Source of the DNA: an uncultured Gemmatimonadales bacterium
GTDB taxonomy: Bacteria; Gemmatimonadota; Gemmatimonadetes; Gemmatimonadales; GWC2-71-9
DNA: 64,000 nucleotides
Direction of reading: 5' to 3'
Assembly: GCA_963825055.1 (NCBI GenBank)
Contig: CAWGSK010000002.1
Span: 128,001-192,000, forward strand
This document shows positions 1-9,763 of the stretch, in pieces; within the stretch, counting starts at the first letter, position 1, and each line of letters opens with the position of its first letter. The notes below the pieces were generated by a model that did no database searches, was not told the DNA's origin, and saw nothing but the letters and a program-made list of their open reading frames with translations. Position numbers and translations under genes: made by a program.

Positions 1-23
1 AAATTCCCACGAGGAGCTAGCGA

Positions 24-290
24 ATGCCACGCCGTACGATCGAAGCCGGTGGACGTACCTGGGCCGTCTCGCCCGCGGGCCGCCGCACGATTTACGCCCG
101 CGACGAGGTCGCCCTGATGTTCACAGCGGACGACGGGATCGAACGGGAGCGACGCATCACGCGCTTCAGCCCGCAAGGCGCGCGCAGTCCGGACATGGCC
201 CTGAACGAGCTGACGGACGCCCAGCTCCGCGACCTCCTCGCGACGTCGCAGCCCGCCGAAATGGCGCCGGAGACGGGTTACCGCCCCTGA
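24..290 (+). CDS. Hypothetical protein (88 aa)
   Basis: SD GAGGAG at 11-16 before the ATG. Its stop overlaps the next gene start (CTGA). Composition is protein-like. Confidence 0.7.
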   Translation: MPRRTIEAGGRTWAVSPAGRRTIYARDEVALMFTADDGIERERRITRFSPQGARSPDMALNELTDAQLRDLLATSQPAEMAPETGYRP

Positions 291-1162
291 ACGCCGGACT
301 GGTCGACCTCCACCTGCACTCCACGGCCTCCGACGGCGCCCTGCCGCCGGCCGAGGTCGTCGCACGGGCCCGCGACGCGGGACTCTCCGCCATCGCCCTC
401 ACCGATCACGACTCCATTGCCGGTGTGCCCGAGGCCAGGGCCGCCGGCGCCCGCCTCGCCGTCCGTGTCGTCTGCGGCTGCGAGTTCTCGGTCCGTGTCT
501 CGTGGGGCGAGATGCACCTCCTCGGCTACTTCCTTCCGCTCGACTTCCCCGAACTCGACGACTTCCTGGAGCGCTGCCGGGCGATGCGTCGGGACCGCGC
601 GGCCGAAATGGTCACCCGCCTGCGAGGCGCCGGCGCCGTCGTCCGGATGGATCAGGTGCTCGCAGCCGCCGGGAGCGGGGCAATCGGCCGCCCGCACGTG
701 GCCCGGGCCATGGTGGAGGCCGGGGTCGCGCGTAGCGTCGCCCACGCCTTCGACCGCTGGATCGGCTGGGGTCGCCCGGCGTTCGTGCCGAAGGTTCTCC
801 CGGACTTTGCGGATGTGGCGGACCTGGTGCACCGCGCGGGTGGGGTCGTGTCGGCCGCGCACCTGAAGGACCGGGGGACCCGGGTGACGCTGGAGCGCCT
901 GCGCGAGGAAGGGCTCGACGCGGTTGAGACCCGCCATCCCAGCCACGACCCCGAAACCCGTGCCAGGATCACCGACCTTGCCGTCGCGACCGGCCTGTTG
1001 CGAACGGGAGGCAGTGACTGGCATGGTGGCCCCGGTGCGAGCGGTTCGCACGGAGCCCTGGGGGGCCAGCAGGTTCCCGCCGCGTGGCTCGATGCGCTGG
1101 CCGGGCGGGCGGCCGAGAAGGGAGCGGGGCGGGGGCATTATCATGCGGGGGGATCCGGGTGA
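287..1162 (+). CDS. PHP-domain metal-dependent phosphoesterase (TrpH/YciV-like), probable CTG start
   Basis: The frame of ORF 425..1162 extends upstream through VDLHLHSTASDG and ALTDHD. EMHLLGY, GRPHVA, SAAH and TGGSDWHG are also present. Confidence 0.88.
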   Translation: MNAGLVDLHLHSTASDGALPPAEVVARARDAGLSAIALTDHDSIAGVPEARAAGARLAVRVVCGCEFSVRVSWGEMHLLGYFLPLDFPELDDFLERCRAMRRDRAAEMVTRLRGAGAVVRMDQVLAAAGSGAIGRPHVARAMVEAGVARSVAHAFDRWIGWGRPAFVPKVLPDFADVADLVHRAGGVVSAAHLKDRGTRVTLERLREEGLDAVETRHPSHDPETRARITDLAVATGLLRTGGSDWHGGPGASGSHGALGGQQVPAAWLDALAGRAAEKGAGRGHYHAGGSG

Positions 1163-1202
1163 CCTCTACCCGGTTGACGCGGCTGCGAGGGAGGAAGAGA
1201 GC

Positions 1203-1925
1203 ATGAGCCTGACATTCGACTTCACCGGGAAGGTGGCGCTGGTGACCGGGGTGGCCCGGACGGGCCAGATCGGTCATGCGCTGGCCCTCGCCTTCGGACG
1301 CGCGGGCGCGCGCCTGGTGGCCGCCGACCGGAACGCGGTGGCGGTCGCCGAACGGGTGCGGGAGCTCCGCGCGGAGGGTATCGACGCCCAGCCGGCGGCC
1401 GGCGACCTGACCGACGGCAACGTGGCGGAGCTTGCGGTGGACAACGCGCGCCGACACTTCGGTGGCCTGGATATCCTGGTGAACGTCGCCGGCGGATTGA
1501 CGTCGTACGGTCCCGTGGGCGGGGCGACCGCGGAGGCGTTCGACCGCGAGGTCGCCATCAACCTCAAGACCGCGTTTCTCCTGTCCGCGGCGGCGGCCCC
1601 GGCGCTGACCGAGCGGCGGGGCTGCATCGTGAACTTCGCTTCGGACGCCGTCCTCCACCCGTCGCCCGGTCTCGCGATCTATTCGGCCGCAAAGGCCGGC
1701 GTGGCCGGTCTCACGCGCAGTCTGGCCGAGGAGTTCCGTCCCCATGGAGTCCGGGTGAACGCGATTGCGCCATCCATGGTGCGCACCCCCGAGAACCTCG
1801 AGACGGCCGCGGCCGGCGCCAGTTTCGTGGAGATGTCGGACATCACGACCGCCGTGCTGTTCCTCGCCTCCGACGAGGCGCGCGCCATAACGGGGCACCT
1901 GCTGCCCCTCCGCGGAGAGGGCTGA
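1203..1925 (+). CDS. SDR-family oxidoreductase
   Basis: TGxxxxxxIG cofactor motif, NVAG, YSAAK, VRVNAIAP. Purine-rich SD-like sequence before ATG 1203. Confidence 0.88.
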   Translation: MSLTFDFTGKVALVTGVARTGQIGHALALAFGRAGARLVAADRNAVAVAERVRELRAEGIDAQPAAGDLTDGNVAELAVDNARRHFGGLDILVNVAGGLTSYGPVGGATAEAFDREVAINLKTAFLLSAAAAPALTERRGCIVNFASDAVLHPSPGLAIYSAAKAGVAGLTRSLAEEFRPHGVRVNAIAPSMVRTPENLETAAAGASFVEMSDITTAVLFLASDEARAITGHLLPLRGEG

Positions 1926-2657
1926 ATGCAGCTGGAAGATCGCGTCGTCCTGGTGACTGGCGCCGGCCGCCGGCTCGGCCATGCCATGGCCGCGGGGCTC
2001 GCGGAACGCGGGATGACGGTCGCCATTCATTACCACCAGTCCAGCCAGGGCGCCGAGCGACTGCGGGCCTCCATCGTGGAGGCCGGCGGCACGGCTGACC
2101 GGTTCCAGGCCGACCTGACCGACCCGCACGCGGCGCTTGAACTGCCCGCCCGCGTAGTGGAGCGGTTCGGGCGGCTCGACGTGCTGGTGAACTCCGCTGC
2201 CGTCATGAAGCCCCTCCGGTTCGAGGCCACCACACCGGTCGAGTTCGACGAGATCATGAACCTGAACCTGCGCGCCGCCTTCTTCTGCGCGCAGGCCGCG
2301 ACCCCGTTCCTCAAGGAGGCCGGTGGACGCATCGTCAACATTGCGGACGTGGGCGGCCTCGAACCGTGGACGTCGTTCGCGGCGCACTCCGTGAGCAAGG
2401 CGGGCCTCATCATGCTCACCAGGGTCCTGGCACGTGCGCTCGCCCCGGAAGTCAACGTCAACGCGATTGCGCCCGGTGCCGTCCTCCTGCCGGAGGAGTG
2501 GCCCGAGGACGCGCGCGAGCACTTCGAGGAGTCCACCCCGCTCAAGCGTCTCGGCTCCCCTGAGGACGTCGTGCAGGCGCTGGTCTACCTCCTCAAGCAC
2601 GGCGACTACATCACCGGCGAAACCCTGGTCGTGGACGGTGGGCGGCTCATCCGCTGA
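1926..2657 (+). CDS. SDR-family oxidoreductase, pteridine reductase/FolM-like
   Basis: TGAGRRLG, AIHY, LVNSA, HSVSK (His in the usual Tyr position), VNAIAPG, ITGETLVVDGG. Confidence 0.85.
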   Translation: MQLEDRVVLVTGAGRRLGHAMAAGLAERGMTVAIHYHQSSQGAERLRASIVEAGGTADRFQADLTDPHAALELPARVVERFGRLDVLVNSAAVMKPLRFEATTPVEFDEIMNLNLRAAFFCAQAATPFLKEAGGRIVNIADVGGLEPWTSFAAHSVSKAGLIMLTRVLARALAPEVNVNAIAPGAVLLPEEWPEDAREHFEESTPLKRLGSPEDVVQALVYLLKHGDYITGETLVVDGGRLIR

Positions 2658-2670
2658 GCGGGAGGGACCG

Positions 2671-3498
2671 GTGGTCCTGGGTGACATCGTCATCATCGGT
2701 GGTGGCTGCTACGGGACCTTCTACGCCGCCCAGCTCGCGGCCGCCCAGGATCGCGGGAAGCTTGCGTGCCGCCGTGTGCTGCTGGTGGACCGGGATCCGA
2801 CCTGCCAGGCCACCCGGGAACTCCCGCCGCGGGAGGGCAGGGTCCTGGTCTCGGCGGAGTGGGGCGACTTCCTCGACCGATATCTCGCGGACGATCACCC
2901 GGAGGCGCCCCAGCCCCAGGACGTAATCGTTCCCTCGCCCCTCATGCCCCACCTCATGTATGAGTGGCTCCTGCGGCGCGCGCGCGCCCGCTGGCCCGGC
3001 CGTCAGGTGGAGACCCGCCCCGTCCCGCTCGATCCCGGTACGCCCTGGGCGTCCACCGCTCCCGACGGCACCCGGTACGTCTCGTTCGCCGACTGGATCT
3101 GCCCCACCCACTGCATCGAGCCCGCACTCTGTCCGGTCATCCGCGCGCCGCGCACCTGGGAAATGACGGACATGCTGGGCGACTTGACTGCCCGCCTCGA
3201 CGCGCGTGCCCCGACGGCCGGACCGGTGGCGTTTGTCTGCCGGCACACCGTCCACGCCGTGGGAACGTTCGGCGCGCGGGAGGTGCAGGCGGGCGACCGG
3301 ACCGTGGCCGAAGCCGGCCGGGGCACGGGACCCGTGGATGTCGTGGTGGCGACGGTTTCCTCCTGCCATGGCGCCGTGAACCTCCTGCACCTCGGCGTCC
3401 CGGCGGGGTCCGGGGAACAGGAGGGTGTTCTATATTCAGGCGTTGCGGCCAGCCCGGCCGCGGACCGATCTGACAAGGGGAACAAGGCATTGGCATGA
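2671..3498 (+). CDS. Hypothetical protein with an N-terminal Rossmann-like motif and a Cys/His cluster
   Basis: GTG 2671 follows the SD GGAGGG. Motifs IVIIGGGCYG, WICPTHCIEPALCP, VCRH, SSCHG. Overlaps the trxB start (ATGA). Confidence 0.75.
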   Translation: MVLGDIVIIGGGCYGTFYAAQLAAAQDRGKLACRRVLLVDRDPTCQATRELPPREGRVLVSAEWGDFLDRYLADDHPEAPQPQDVIVPSPLMPHLMYEWLLRRARARWPGRQVETRPVPLDPGTPWASTAPDGTRYVSFADWICPTHCIEPALCPVIRAPRTWEMTDMLGDLTARLDARAPTAGPVAFVCRHTVHAVGTFGAREVQAGDRTVAEAGRGTGPVDVVVATVSSCHGAVNLLHLGVPAGSGEQEGVLYSGVAASPAADRSDKGNKALA

Positions 3499-4454
3499 GC
3501 GACGAACGGACCTTTGACGTGATCATCGTGGGCGGGGGCCCGGCCGGCCTGTGTGCCGCCATGTACGCCGGGCGCGGCATGCTGAATGCCGTCCTGCTCG
3601 AGCGCGGCCTCCCCGGCGGCGAGCTGCTCAACACGGAGCTGATCGAGGACTATCCCGGCTTCGAGAGCATCCTCGGCCGGGAACTGGCCGAGAAGATGGC
3701 GGCGCATGCGGTCAAGTTCGGCGCCCGCATCGTCCAGGACACGGTGGACGCCATTGAACGCCAGTCGGACGGCCGCTTCCACGTCACGACCGCCATGGGC
3801 CACACCTACATCGCCCCTGCGGTGATTCTCACCGCGGGCGGCACGCCCAACAAACTGGGCATTCCGGGTGAGCTGGAGTACGCGGGGCGCGGCGTGTCGT
3901 ACTGTGCCGTGTGTGACGGGGCGTTCTTCAGGGGGCACACCATCGCGGTGGTCGGCGGGGGCGACGCTGCCGTAGAGGAGGCCGAGTACCTCACCCGGTA
4001 TGCTGCCCGGGTGTATCTCATCCACCGCCGCGACGAACTCCGGGCGTCGAAGATCCTCCAGGAGCGGCTGTTTGCCAACGAGAAGATCCAGGTAATCTGG
4101 AACAGCGTGGTGACCGAGGCTGTCGGCGGCCCGGGAGGCCTGGAGGAACTCGTGCTGGAGGACACCGTCACAGGTGCGGAGTCCCGCCTGCCGGTCACAG
4201 GCCTCTTCATTTTCATCGGGTTCACGCCCAACAGCGGCCTCGTCAAGGGCCATGTCGAACACGACCCGGCGGGCTACCTGCTCACGGATTCCCGCATGAT
4301 GACGTCGATCCCCGGCCTGTTCGCCGCCGGGGACCTGCGCGTCCAGCTCACCAGGCAGATCACCACCGCAGTGGGGGACGCCACCACGGCCGCCATCGCG
4401 GTGGAAAAGTACCTGGCCGAGCAGCGGCACCAGCCGACCGAGGTGGGCGGGTGA
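3495..4454 (+). CDS. trxB: Thioredoxin-disulfide reductase
   Basis: GGGPAG, GVSYCAVCDG, GGGDAAVEEA, HRRDELRA, TSIPGLFAAGD. Confidence 0.95.
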   Translation: MSDERTFDVIIVGGGPAGLCAAMYAGRGMLNAVLLERGLPGGELLNTELIEDYPGFESILGRELAEKMAAHAVKFGARIVQDTVDAIERQSDGRFHVTTAMGHTYIAPAVILTAGGTPNKLGIPGELEYAGRGVSYCAVCDGAFFRGHTIAVVGGGDAAVEEAEYLTRYAARVYLIHRRDELRASKILQERLFANEKIQVIWNSVVTEAVGGPGGLEELVLEDTVTGAESRLPVTGLFIFIGFTPNSGLVKGHVEHDPAGYLLTDSRMMTSIPGLFAAGDLRVQLTRQITTAVGDATTAAIAVEKYLAEQRHQPTEVGG

Positions 4455-6910
4455 CGGCAGGCCGCACGCCTGTCCCGCCCCGCGCGGGCCGCGAGGGGCG
4501 GGCGGGGTGGATCGACCGCCTGGCCACGCGCTCGACGGGCGGCTACCTCGCCCGCTACGGTATCGGACTGCTTGTCGGCATGCTGTCCATCAGCTTGACG
4601 ATCGCTGCGTACCAGCTGACCGGCGTGCGATATGGCGCGATCTACCTGGTGGCCATCGCACTGGTCGGGGTGATCGCGGGCCGGGGGCCGGGGCTGTTCG
4701 TCACGCTGGTGGTTGCCGTCCCGTTTGTCCTGGGTCAGTCGGGATCGCTGTCGCGGCTTGACGAACTCACCAACCGCGATCTGGTCACGGTGGTGGTGAT
4801 CCTGGGATGTGGCACCCTCCTGGCGTTGATCGGCTCGGCGGCCCGCGAGACCGCCGTACGCCTGGCGCGGGCGCACCGGCAGGCCGAGGAGGCCCTCGAA
4901 CTGGCCGAAGAGAACGCGGCCAGGGCCGAGGAATCCGCCTCCGAGGCCGAGCTGTCGGCGCTGAACGCCAGCGAGGCCCTGAGCGGGCAGGAAGCGGCCT
5001 TTGCCCAGCTGGATGCGGTGGTCCGGACTGCCCCGGTCGGGATCGGCTTCATCACCAGGGACCTGACCTACGCCCGCATCAACGAACAGATGGCCGAGGT
5101 GCACGGGTTGCCGATCGGTGCCCACCTCGGGAAGCAGATCCGCGACGTGGTTCCCGAAGTGGCGGACGCCATGGAATCCATGATCCGGCATGTGTTCCAC
5201 ACTGGTGAGCCGATGCTTGACCGCGAGTTCGAGGCATCCACCCCGGGGCAGCCCGGCGTCCGGCGCTGGTTCTGGTGCAGTGTGTTCCCGGTCCGCGACC
5301 AGTCGGGCGGCACGGAGCTGGTCGCGAAGCTGGTTCAGGACATCACCGCCCGCAAGAAAGCCGAGGCGGCTCTGCGGACCAGCGAGGGCCGGTATCGGGC
5401 CCTGCTTGAGGCCAACACCGCCATCGTGTGGGTGTGTGACGCAGCCGGCGCCTTCGTGGAGCCCCAGCCCGCCTGGGAGCGCTACACGGGGCAGACCTGG
5501 GAACAGCACCGCGGGAACGGCTGGGCCGGGGTGGTCCACCCCGAGGATCGCGACCGCCTGCTGGCTGCCTGGGACCGTGCCCTCAAGTCCGGAACGCGTT
5601 ACGAGATTGAAGCCAGGCTCTGGCACGCGGAAGCCGATGCCTACCGCCGCGCGGTTCTCCGCGCCGTGCCGATCCTCCGTGAGGACGGTGCGGTGCGCGA
5701 GTGGGTCGGCATGGTGACGGATGTGGAAGAGCAGCGCCGCGCGGAGGACGAACTGCGCCACGGGCAGAAGATGCAGGCGATTGGCAGCCTGGCCGGCGGC
5801 GTCGCCCACGAGGTCAACAACCAGGTGACCGGTGTCCTCGGCTTCGCCGGCTTCCTCAGCCGGCGCTTTCCGGAGGGCTCGCCGGAGGCGGACGACCTTC
5901 AGCAGGTGGTACGCGGCGCCGACCGCATCGCGACCGTGACCCGCCAGCTCCTCGCCTTCAGCCGGCAGCAGTTGCTGCAGCCACGTCGCATCGACCTCAA
6001 CGGCCTGGTCCGGGACCTCGAGCCCCTGCTGGTGCGGTTGATCGCGAAGGACGTGCGGATCGTGACCGACCTCGTGGCCGGGGAGGCACCGGTGCGGGCC
6101 GACCGGCACCAGCTCGAACAGGTGCTGCTGAACCTGGCCCTCAACGCCCGGGATGCCCTGGGGCCCGGCGGCACCATCACCATTGCCACCGCGAATGCCG
6201 GTGCCGACGAGGTGCGCCTTGCGGCGCGGGGCAGCCAGCCCCGTGCCTCGGAAGCGTTCGTCGTGCTTCGGCTCGGGGACACCGGCCGCGGAATCACTCC
6301 CGAAGTGTTGCCCCGCATCTTCGAGCCATTCTTCACGACCAAGGCGCCAGGCGAGGGAACAGGGCTCGGCCTCTCGACGGTGTACGGCATTGTCCGCCAG
6401 AGCGGTGGTTACATCACGGTGGACAGCACGCCCGGCGAAGGGTCGGTGTTCAGTGTGTTCCTTCCCCGGCAGGACTCGCCGGATGAACTCGGCCAGTCCG
6501 AGGCAGAAATCACGGACGCCAGCGGTCGCGAGACGCTCCTGGTGGTGGATGACGAAGAGGTCATCTGTTCCTTTGCCGAACGGGTGCTTCGCGAACAGGG
6601 GTACAGGGTCCTCACCGCCCGTGACGCGCACACCGCCCTGGCCCTGCTCGAGACCGAGCCGGGCAGGGAGGTGATGCTGGTCGTGACCGATGTCGTAATG
6701 CCCGGCATGGGCGGCGAGGAGCTTGGTCAGGAGATTGAGGCGCGCCGTCCCGGCTTGCCGGTACTGTACATGTCCGGCTTTTCCGCCGAGCACACCACCC
6801 AGCGCGGCCTGCTGCGTCCCGGGCTCCCGCTCATCCAGAAGCCGTTCTCGCCCGAAGCCATTCTTGTGCAGGTGCGACGCATGCTCGACGGCGGTTCCGT
6901 TCCCGCATGA
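4451..6910 (+). CDS. Membrane-anchored PAS-PAS hybrid sensor histidine kinase/response regulator
   Basis: N-terminal TM helices and two PAS domains. H-box GGVAHEVNN, NLALNARDA, FEPFFTTK, GTGLGL. Receiver VVDDE...TDVVMPG...KPF. Confidence 0.92.
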   Translation: MTAGRTPVPPRAGREGRAGWIDRLATRSTGGYLARYGIGLLVGMLSISLTIAAYQLTGVRYGAIYLVAIALVGVIAGRGPGLFVTLVVAVPFVLGQSGSLSRLDELTNRDLVTVVVILGCGTLLALIGSAARETAVRLARAHRQAEEALELAEENAARAEESASEAELSALNASEALSGQEAAFAQLDAVVRTAPVGIGFITRDLTYARINEQMAEVHGLPIGAHLGKQIRDVVPEVADAMESMIRHVFHTGEPMLDREFEASTPGQPGVRRWFWCSVFPVRDQSGGTELVAKLVQDITARKKAEAALRTSEGRYRALLEANTAIVWVCDAAGAFVEPQPAWERYTGQTWEQHRGNGWAGVVHPEDRDRLLAAWDRALKSGTRYEIEARLWHAEADAYRRAVLRAVPILREDGAVREWVGMVTDVEEQRRAEDELRHGQKMQAIGSLAGGVAHEVNNQVTGVLGFAGFLSRRFPEGSPEADDLQQVVRGADRIATVTRQLLAFSRQQLLQPRRIDLNGLVRDLEPLLVRLIAKDVRIVTDLVAGEAPVRADRHQLEQVLLNLALNARDALGPGGTITIATANAGADEVRLAARGSQPRASEAFVVLRLGDTGRGITPEVLPRIFEPFFTTKAPGEGTGLGLSTVYGIVRQSGGYITVDSTPGEGSVFSVFLPRQDSPDELGQSEAEITDASGRETLLVVDDEEVICSFAERVLREQGYRVLTARDAHTALALLETEPGREVMLVVTDVVMPGMGGEELGQEIEARRPGLPVLYMSGFSAEHTTQRGLLRPGLPLIQKPFSPEAILVQVRRMLDGGSVPA

Positions 6911-7557
6911 ACGACCGACCGGCGGTCGTCTGTCTGCCCAATGGCCAGTTTCTCGAGAACTGCTACCTGGTCGCGGATGAGGAGCGGGGTGAGGCCGTCA
7001 TCGTGGACCCCGGCGAGGAGACGGCCCGCTTTCTGCAAGAACTCGAGCAGCGCCGGTGGAGACTGCAGGCGATCTGGCTCACGCATGCGCATGTGGACCA
7101 CATCGTGGGCGTGGGCGCGGTGCACGGGGCAACCGGCGTCCCGATCCACCTGCACGCCGCCGACCGGTTCCTGTATGATGCCATCGTCCAGCAGGCGGAA
7201 TGGATGGGCCTGAAAGCGGAACCGCTCCCCACACCCGACGCGACCTGGGAGCCCGGGGCCACCGCCACGGTCGGGCGGTTCGGCTATGAGGTGCGCCACA
7301 CGCCGGGGCACAGTCCGGGCAGCGTGAGTCTTGCCGGTTACGGGATGGTACTGGCCGGGGATGCACTGTTCCAGGGGTCCGTCGGGCGGACGGACCTTCC
7401 GGGCGGCGACTTCCCGACGCTGCTCGAGAGCATCCGTCGCGAGCTGCTCTCCCTCCCGGACGACACCATCGTCCACTGCGGGCATGGGCCCGCCACGACC
7501 GTCGGGGAGGAGCGCGCGACCAATCCCTTTCTCACCGGCGCCGTCCGTGGCCTCTGA
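6907..7557 (+). CDS. MBL-fold metallo-hydrolase (glyoxalase II/YcbL-like)
   Basis: THAHVDH, TPGHSPG, GDALF, GRTDLPGGD, GHGPATT. Confidence 0.92.
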   Translation: MNDRPAVVCLPNGQFLENCYLVADEERGEAVIVDPGEETARFLQELEQRRWRLQAIWLTHAHVDHIVGVGAVHGATGVPIHLHAADRFLYDAIVQQAEWMGLKAEPLPTPDATWEPGATATVGRFGYEVRHTPGHSPGSVSLAGYGMVLAGDALFQGSVGRTDLPGGDFPTLLESIRRELLSLPDDTIVHCGHGPATTVGEERATNPFLTGAVRGL

Positions 7558-7711
7558 CACTGCCCCGCGCATTCCGCCCCTGGCTGTCCAGGGCGGCGAG
7601 GAGCTTCGCTGCAACCGTTGCGGCTTCCCCGTCCACTCCCGGCCCTGGGGGTGCAGGAATCCCTGCCGGAACTGCGGGACTGTCTACCCCCTCGGTGACT
7701 GCTCCGACTGA
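7547..7711 (+). CDS. Small Cys-rich putative zinc-finger protein (54 aa)
   Basis: CNRCG...CRNPCRNCG...DCSD. It fills the gap between two genes and overlaps both. Confidence 0.6.
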   Translation: MASDTAPRIPPLAVQGGEELRCNRCGFPVHSRPWGCRNPCRNCGTVYPLGDCSD

Positions 7712-8891
7712 CCCCGGGGTGCCGGTCCCGTCGCGCCCCTTCTGCCTGCTCGACATCACCAAATTCTACGGCGAGACGACCGGCGGCATCCGGACATACC
7801 TCCGTGCCAAGGCCCGGTATGTCCAGGACCATCCGGGCCTGCGACAGGTAATCGTCGTGCCAGGCGTGCGGTCGGAGGTCGAGGATGACGGGAATGTGCG
7901 CTGGTATCACGTGCGCGGGCCCCGAATCCCCACGCAGCATCCCTACCGCTTCCTGCTCGACCGCCGCGCCCTGGCCGGCATCATCGCCCGTGAGCGGCCG
8001 GACATTATCGAAGTGGGCAGCCCCTATCTGGTGCCGTGGATGGTCCGGGGCCCCGCCCGGCGCATCGGCATCCCACTCGCGTGGTTTTTCCATACAAACT
8101 TTCCGCGGATCATCGCCCCGCGGCCCGATACCATGCATGGAGCCCGCCCGCTGCTGGCACGGGCAGCCTGGCGGTACGTGGCGGCTCTCGGCCGCAGGGT
8201 TGACGCGGTCCTGGCGGCCTCGGATGCCACCGCCCGGGACCTCGAAGCGGCAGGTGTACCCCGGGTACATCGGGTGTCGCTCGGGGTCGACCTCGACCAT
8301 TTCCACCCGCGCCGTCGTGGCTCCCGGGATGCGACACGGCGGGAGGCCGGGTTGCCGGAGGGCCCGGTCGTGATGTTTGCCGGTCGACTGGCCAGGGAGA
8401 AGGACCTCGACCTCGTACTGGCCGGCTGGCCCCGGGTGCATTCCGCTACCGGGGCCACGCTGGCGCTCGTCGGTGATGGCCCGTCACGCCGTCGCATGCT
8501 CAGGGACGCCGGGCCGGGCGTGGCCTGGATACCCTACCAGCGCGATCGCGAGCGGCTGGCGAACCTGATTGCGTCCGCCGACTGCTGCCTTGCCCCCGGA
8601 CCGGCGGAGACATTCGGCCTGGCCGCGCTGGAAGCGCTGGCAAGCGGCGTGCCCGTCATCTCCGCCAACCTGGGCGGAGTCCCGGACCTCGTCCGGGCCT
8701 CAGGTGCAGGGAAAGTTGTGCCGATGGAGGATGCGGAGGCGCTCGCCCGCGCGATCAACGAGGTCCTGGCGGCGCCCGCCGGATCGCTGGCCGCGCGCGC
8801 GCGCCAGTGGGCGGAGCTTCATCACGGATGGGACACGGTGATGGACGGGATCTTCGAGACGTACCGCACTCTCGCCGCCACCCCCCCATGA
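7695..8891 (+). CDS. Glycosyltransferase family 4 (mannosyltransferase-like)
   Basis: GGIRTYL, GVDLDHF, AGRLAREK, ETFGLAALEALASG (EX7E motif). Confidence 0.9.
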   Translation: MTAPTDPGVPVPSRPFCLLDITKFYGETTGGIRTYLRAKARYVQDHPGLRQVIVVPGVRSEVEDDGNVRWYHVRGPRIPTQHPYRFLLDRRALAGIIARERPDIIEVGSPYLVPWMVRGPARRIGIPLAWFFHTNFPRIIAPRPDTMHGARPLLARAAWRYVAALGRRVDAVLAASDATARDLEAAGVPRVHRVSLGVDLDHFHPRRRGSRDATRREAGLPEGPVVMFAGRLAREKDLDLVLAGWPRVHSATGATLALVGDGPSRRRMLRDAGPGVAWIPYQRDRERLANLIASADCCLAPGPAETFGLAALEALASGVPVISANLGGVPDLVRASGAGKVVPMEDAEALARAINEVLAAPAGSLAARARQWAELHHGWDTVMDGIFETYRTLAATPP

Positions 8892-9763
8892 CGGTCCTCG
8901 GAGCCCATCTTGCCTGCGTGGTGCTGGTCGCGGCAGACGTGATCGCCCGTTCCTGGCGCATCCAGCTGCTGGCCCGCGGACTTGGCTACCCGATGCGCTT
9001 TCGCGATGCGGCAGGGGTCAACCTGGTGGGGGATGCGGCGTGCGCCCTGACCCCGCTCCGGATCGGCGGGGAGCCCACCCGTCTCGCGCTGATGCTTCGG
9101 GCCGGCCTGCCCGCAACTGCCGCCTTCGTGGCCATCACATACGAGGTGCTCGCGGCGTGGCCGGTCATCATTGGCATCGCCGCGGTGCTCGCATGGCAGC
9201 ACCTGCCCGCCTGGTGGGCGGCGGTGGGAGGCCGCCTGGTGCGGGCCGCCACCGAGGGCTGGCCCCTCGTCCTGTGCGTGCTGATCCTGACCGTGCTGGC
9301 ATGGGTCTGGGTTCGTCGTGTCGCGCCGGGAGCCGCGCACCACCTGCGCCGGCCATGGCGCCGGGCCCTGGTGCACTGGCGGCGCATGCCGGCGTGGCCC
9401 CTGCTGCTGAGCGCGCCGCTCACGGCCGTCAACGTGGTGTCGCGGGTGGCGATCCTGCCGATCCTCGCCTCCACCCTGCCTACGCCGGTCCCGCCGGGCA
9501 CGCTCCTGGTGGGCTCGTTCACGCTGCTCTACAGCCAGCTGTTCCTGCCCACCCCGGCGGGACTCGGCGTCGTGGACCTGGGCTTCCTCGCGGGCGCGGC
9601 GGGAGACCTGGGGGGCGCGGAACCGCGCCTGCTGCTCTGGTGGCGGTTCTATACGAGCGGCGCCGGGGCGGTGGCCGGCGTGTGGATCGGGATACGGCTC
9701 TTCGGATGGCAGGCGCTCCGGGCGCTCATCCCCGGCCGCGCCAGGGCAGGAGAATCAGCGTGA
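8888..9763 (+). CDS. Lysylphosphatidylglycerol synthase TM/flippase-like membrane protein
   Basis: Multiple TM segments, TPLRIGGEP, PTPAGLG, WRFYT. ATGA coupling to the GT4 gene. Confidence 0.8.
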   Translation: MTVLGAHLACVVLVAADVIARSWRIQLLARGLGYPMRFRDAAGVNLVGDAACALTPLRIGGEPTRLALMLRAGLPATAAFVAITYEVLAAWPVIIGIAAVLAWQHLPAWWAAVGGRLVRAATEGWPLVLCVLILTVLAWVWVRRVAPGAAHHLRRPWRRALVHWRRMPAWPLLLSAPLTAVNVVSRVAILPILASTLPTPVPPGTLLVGSFTLLYSQLFLPTPAGLGVVDLGFLAGAAGDLGGAEPRLLLWWRFYTSGAGAVAGVWIGIRLFGWQALRALIPGRARAGESA

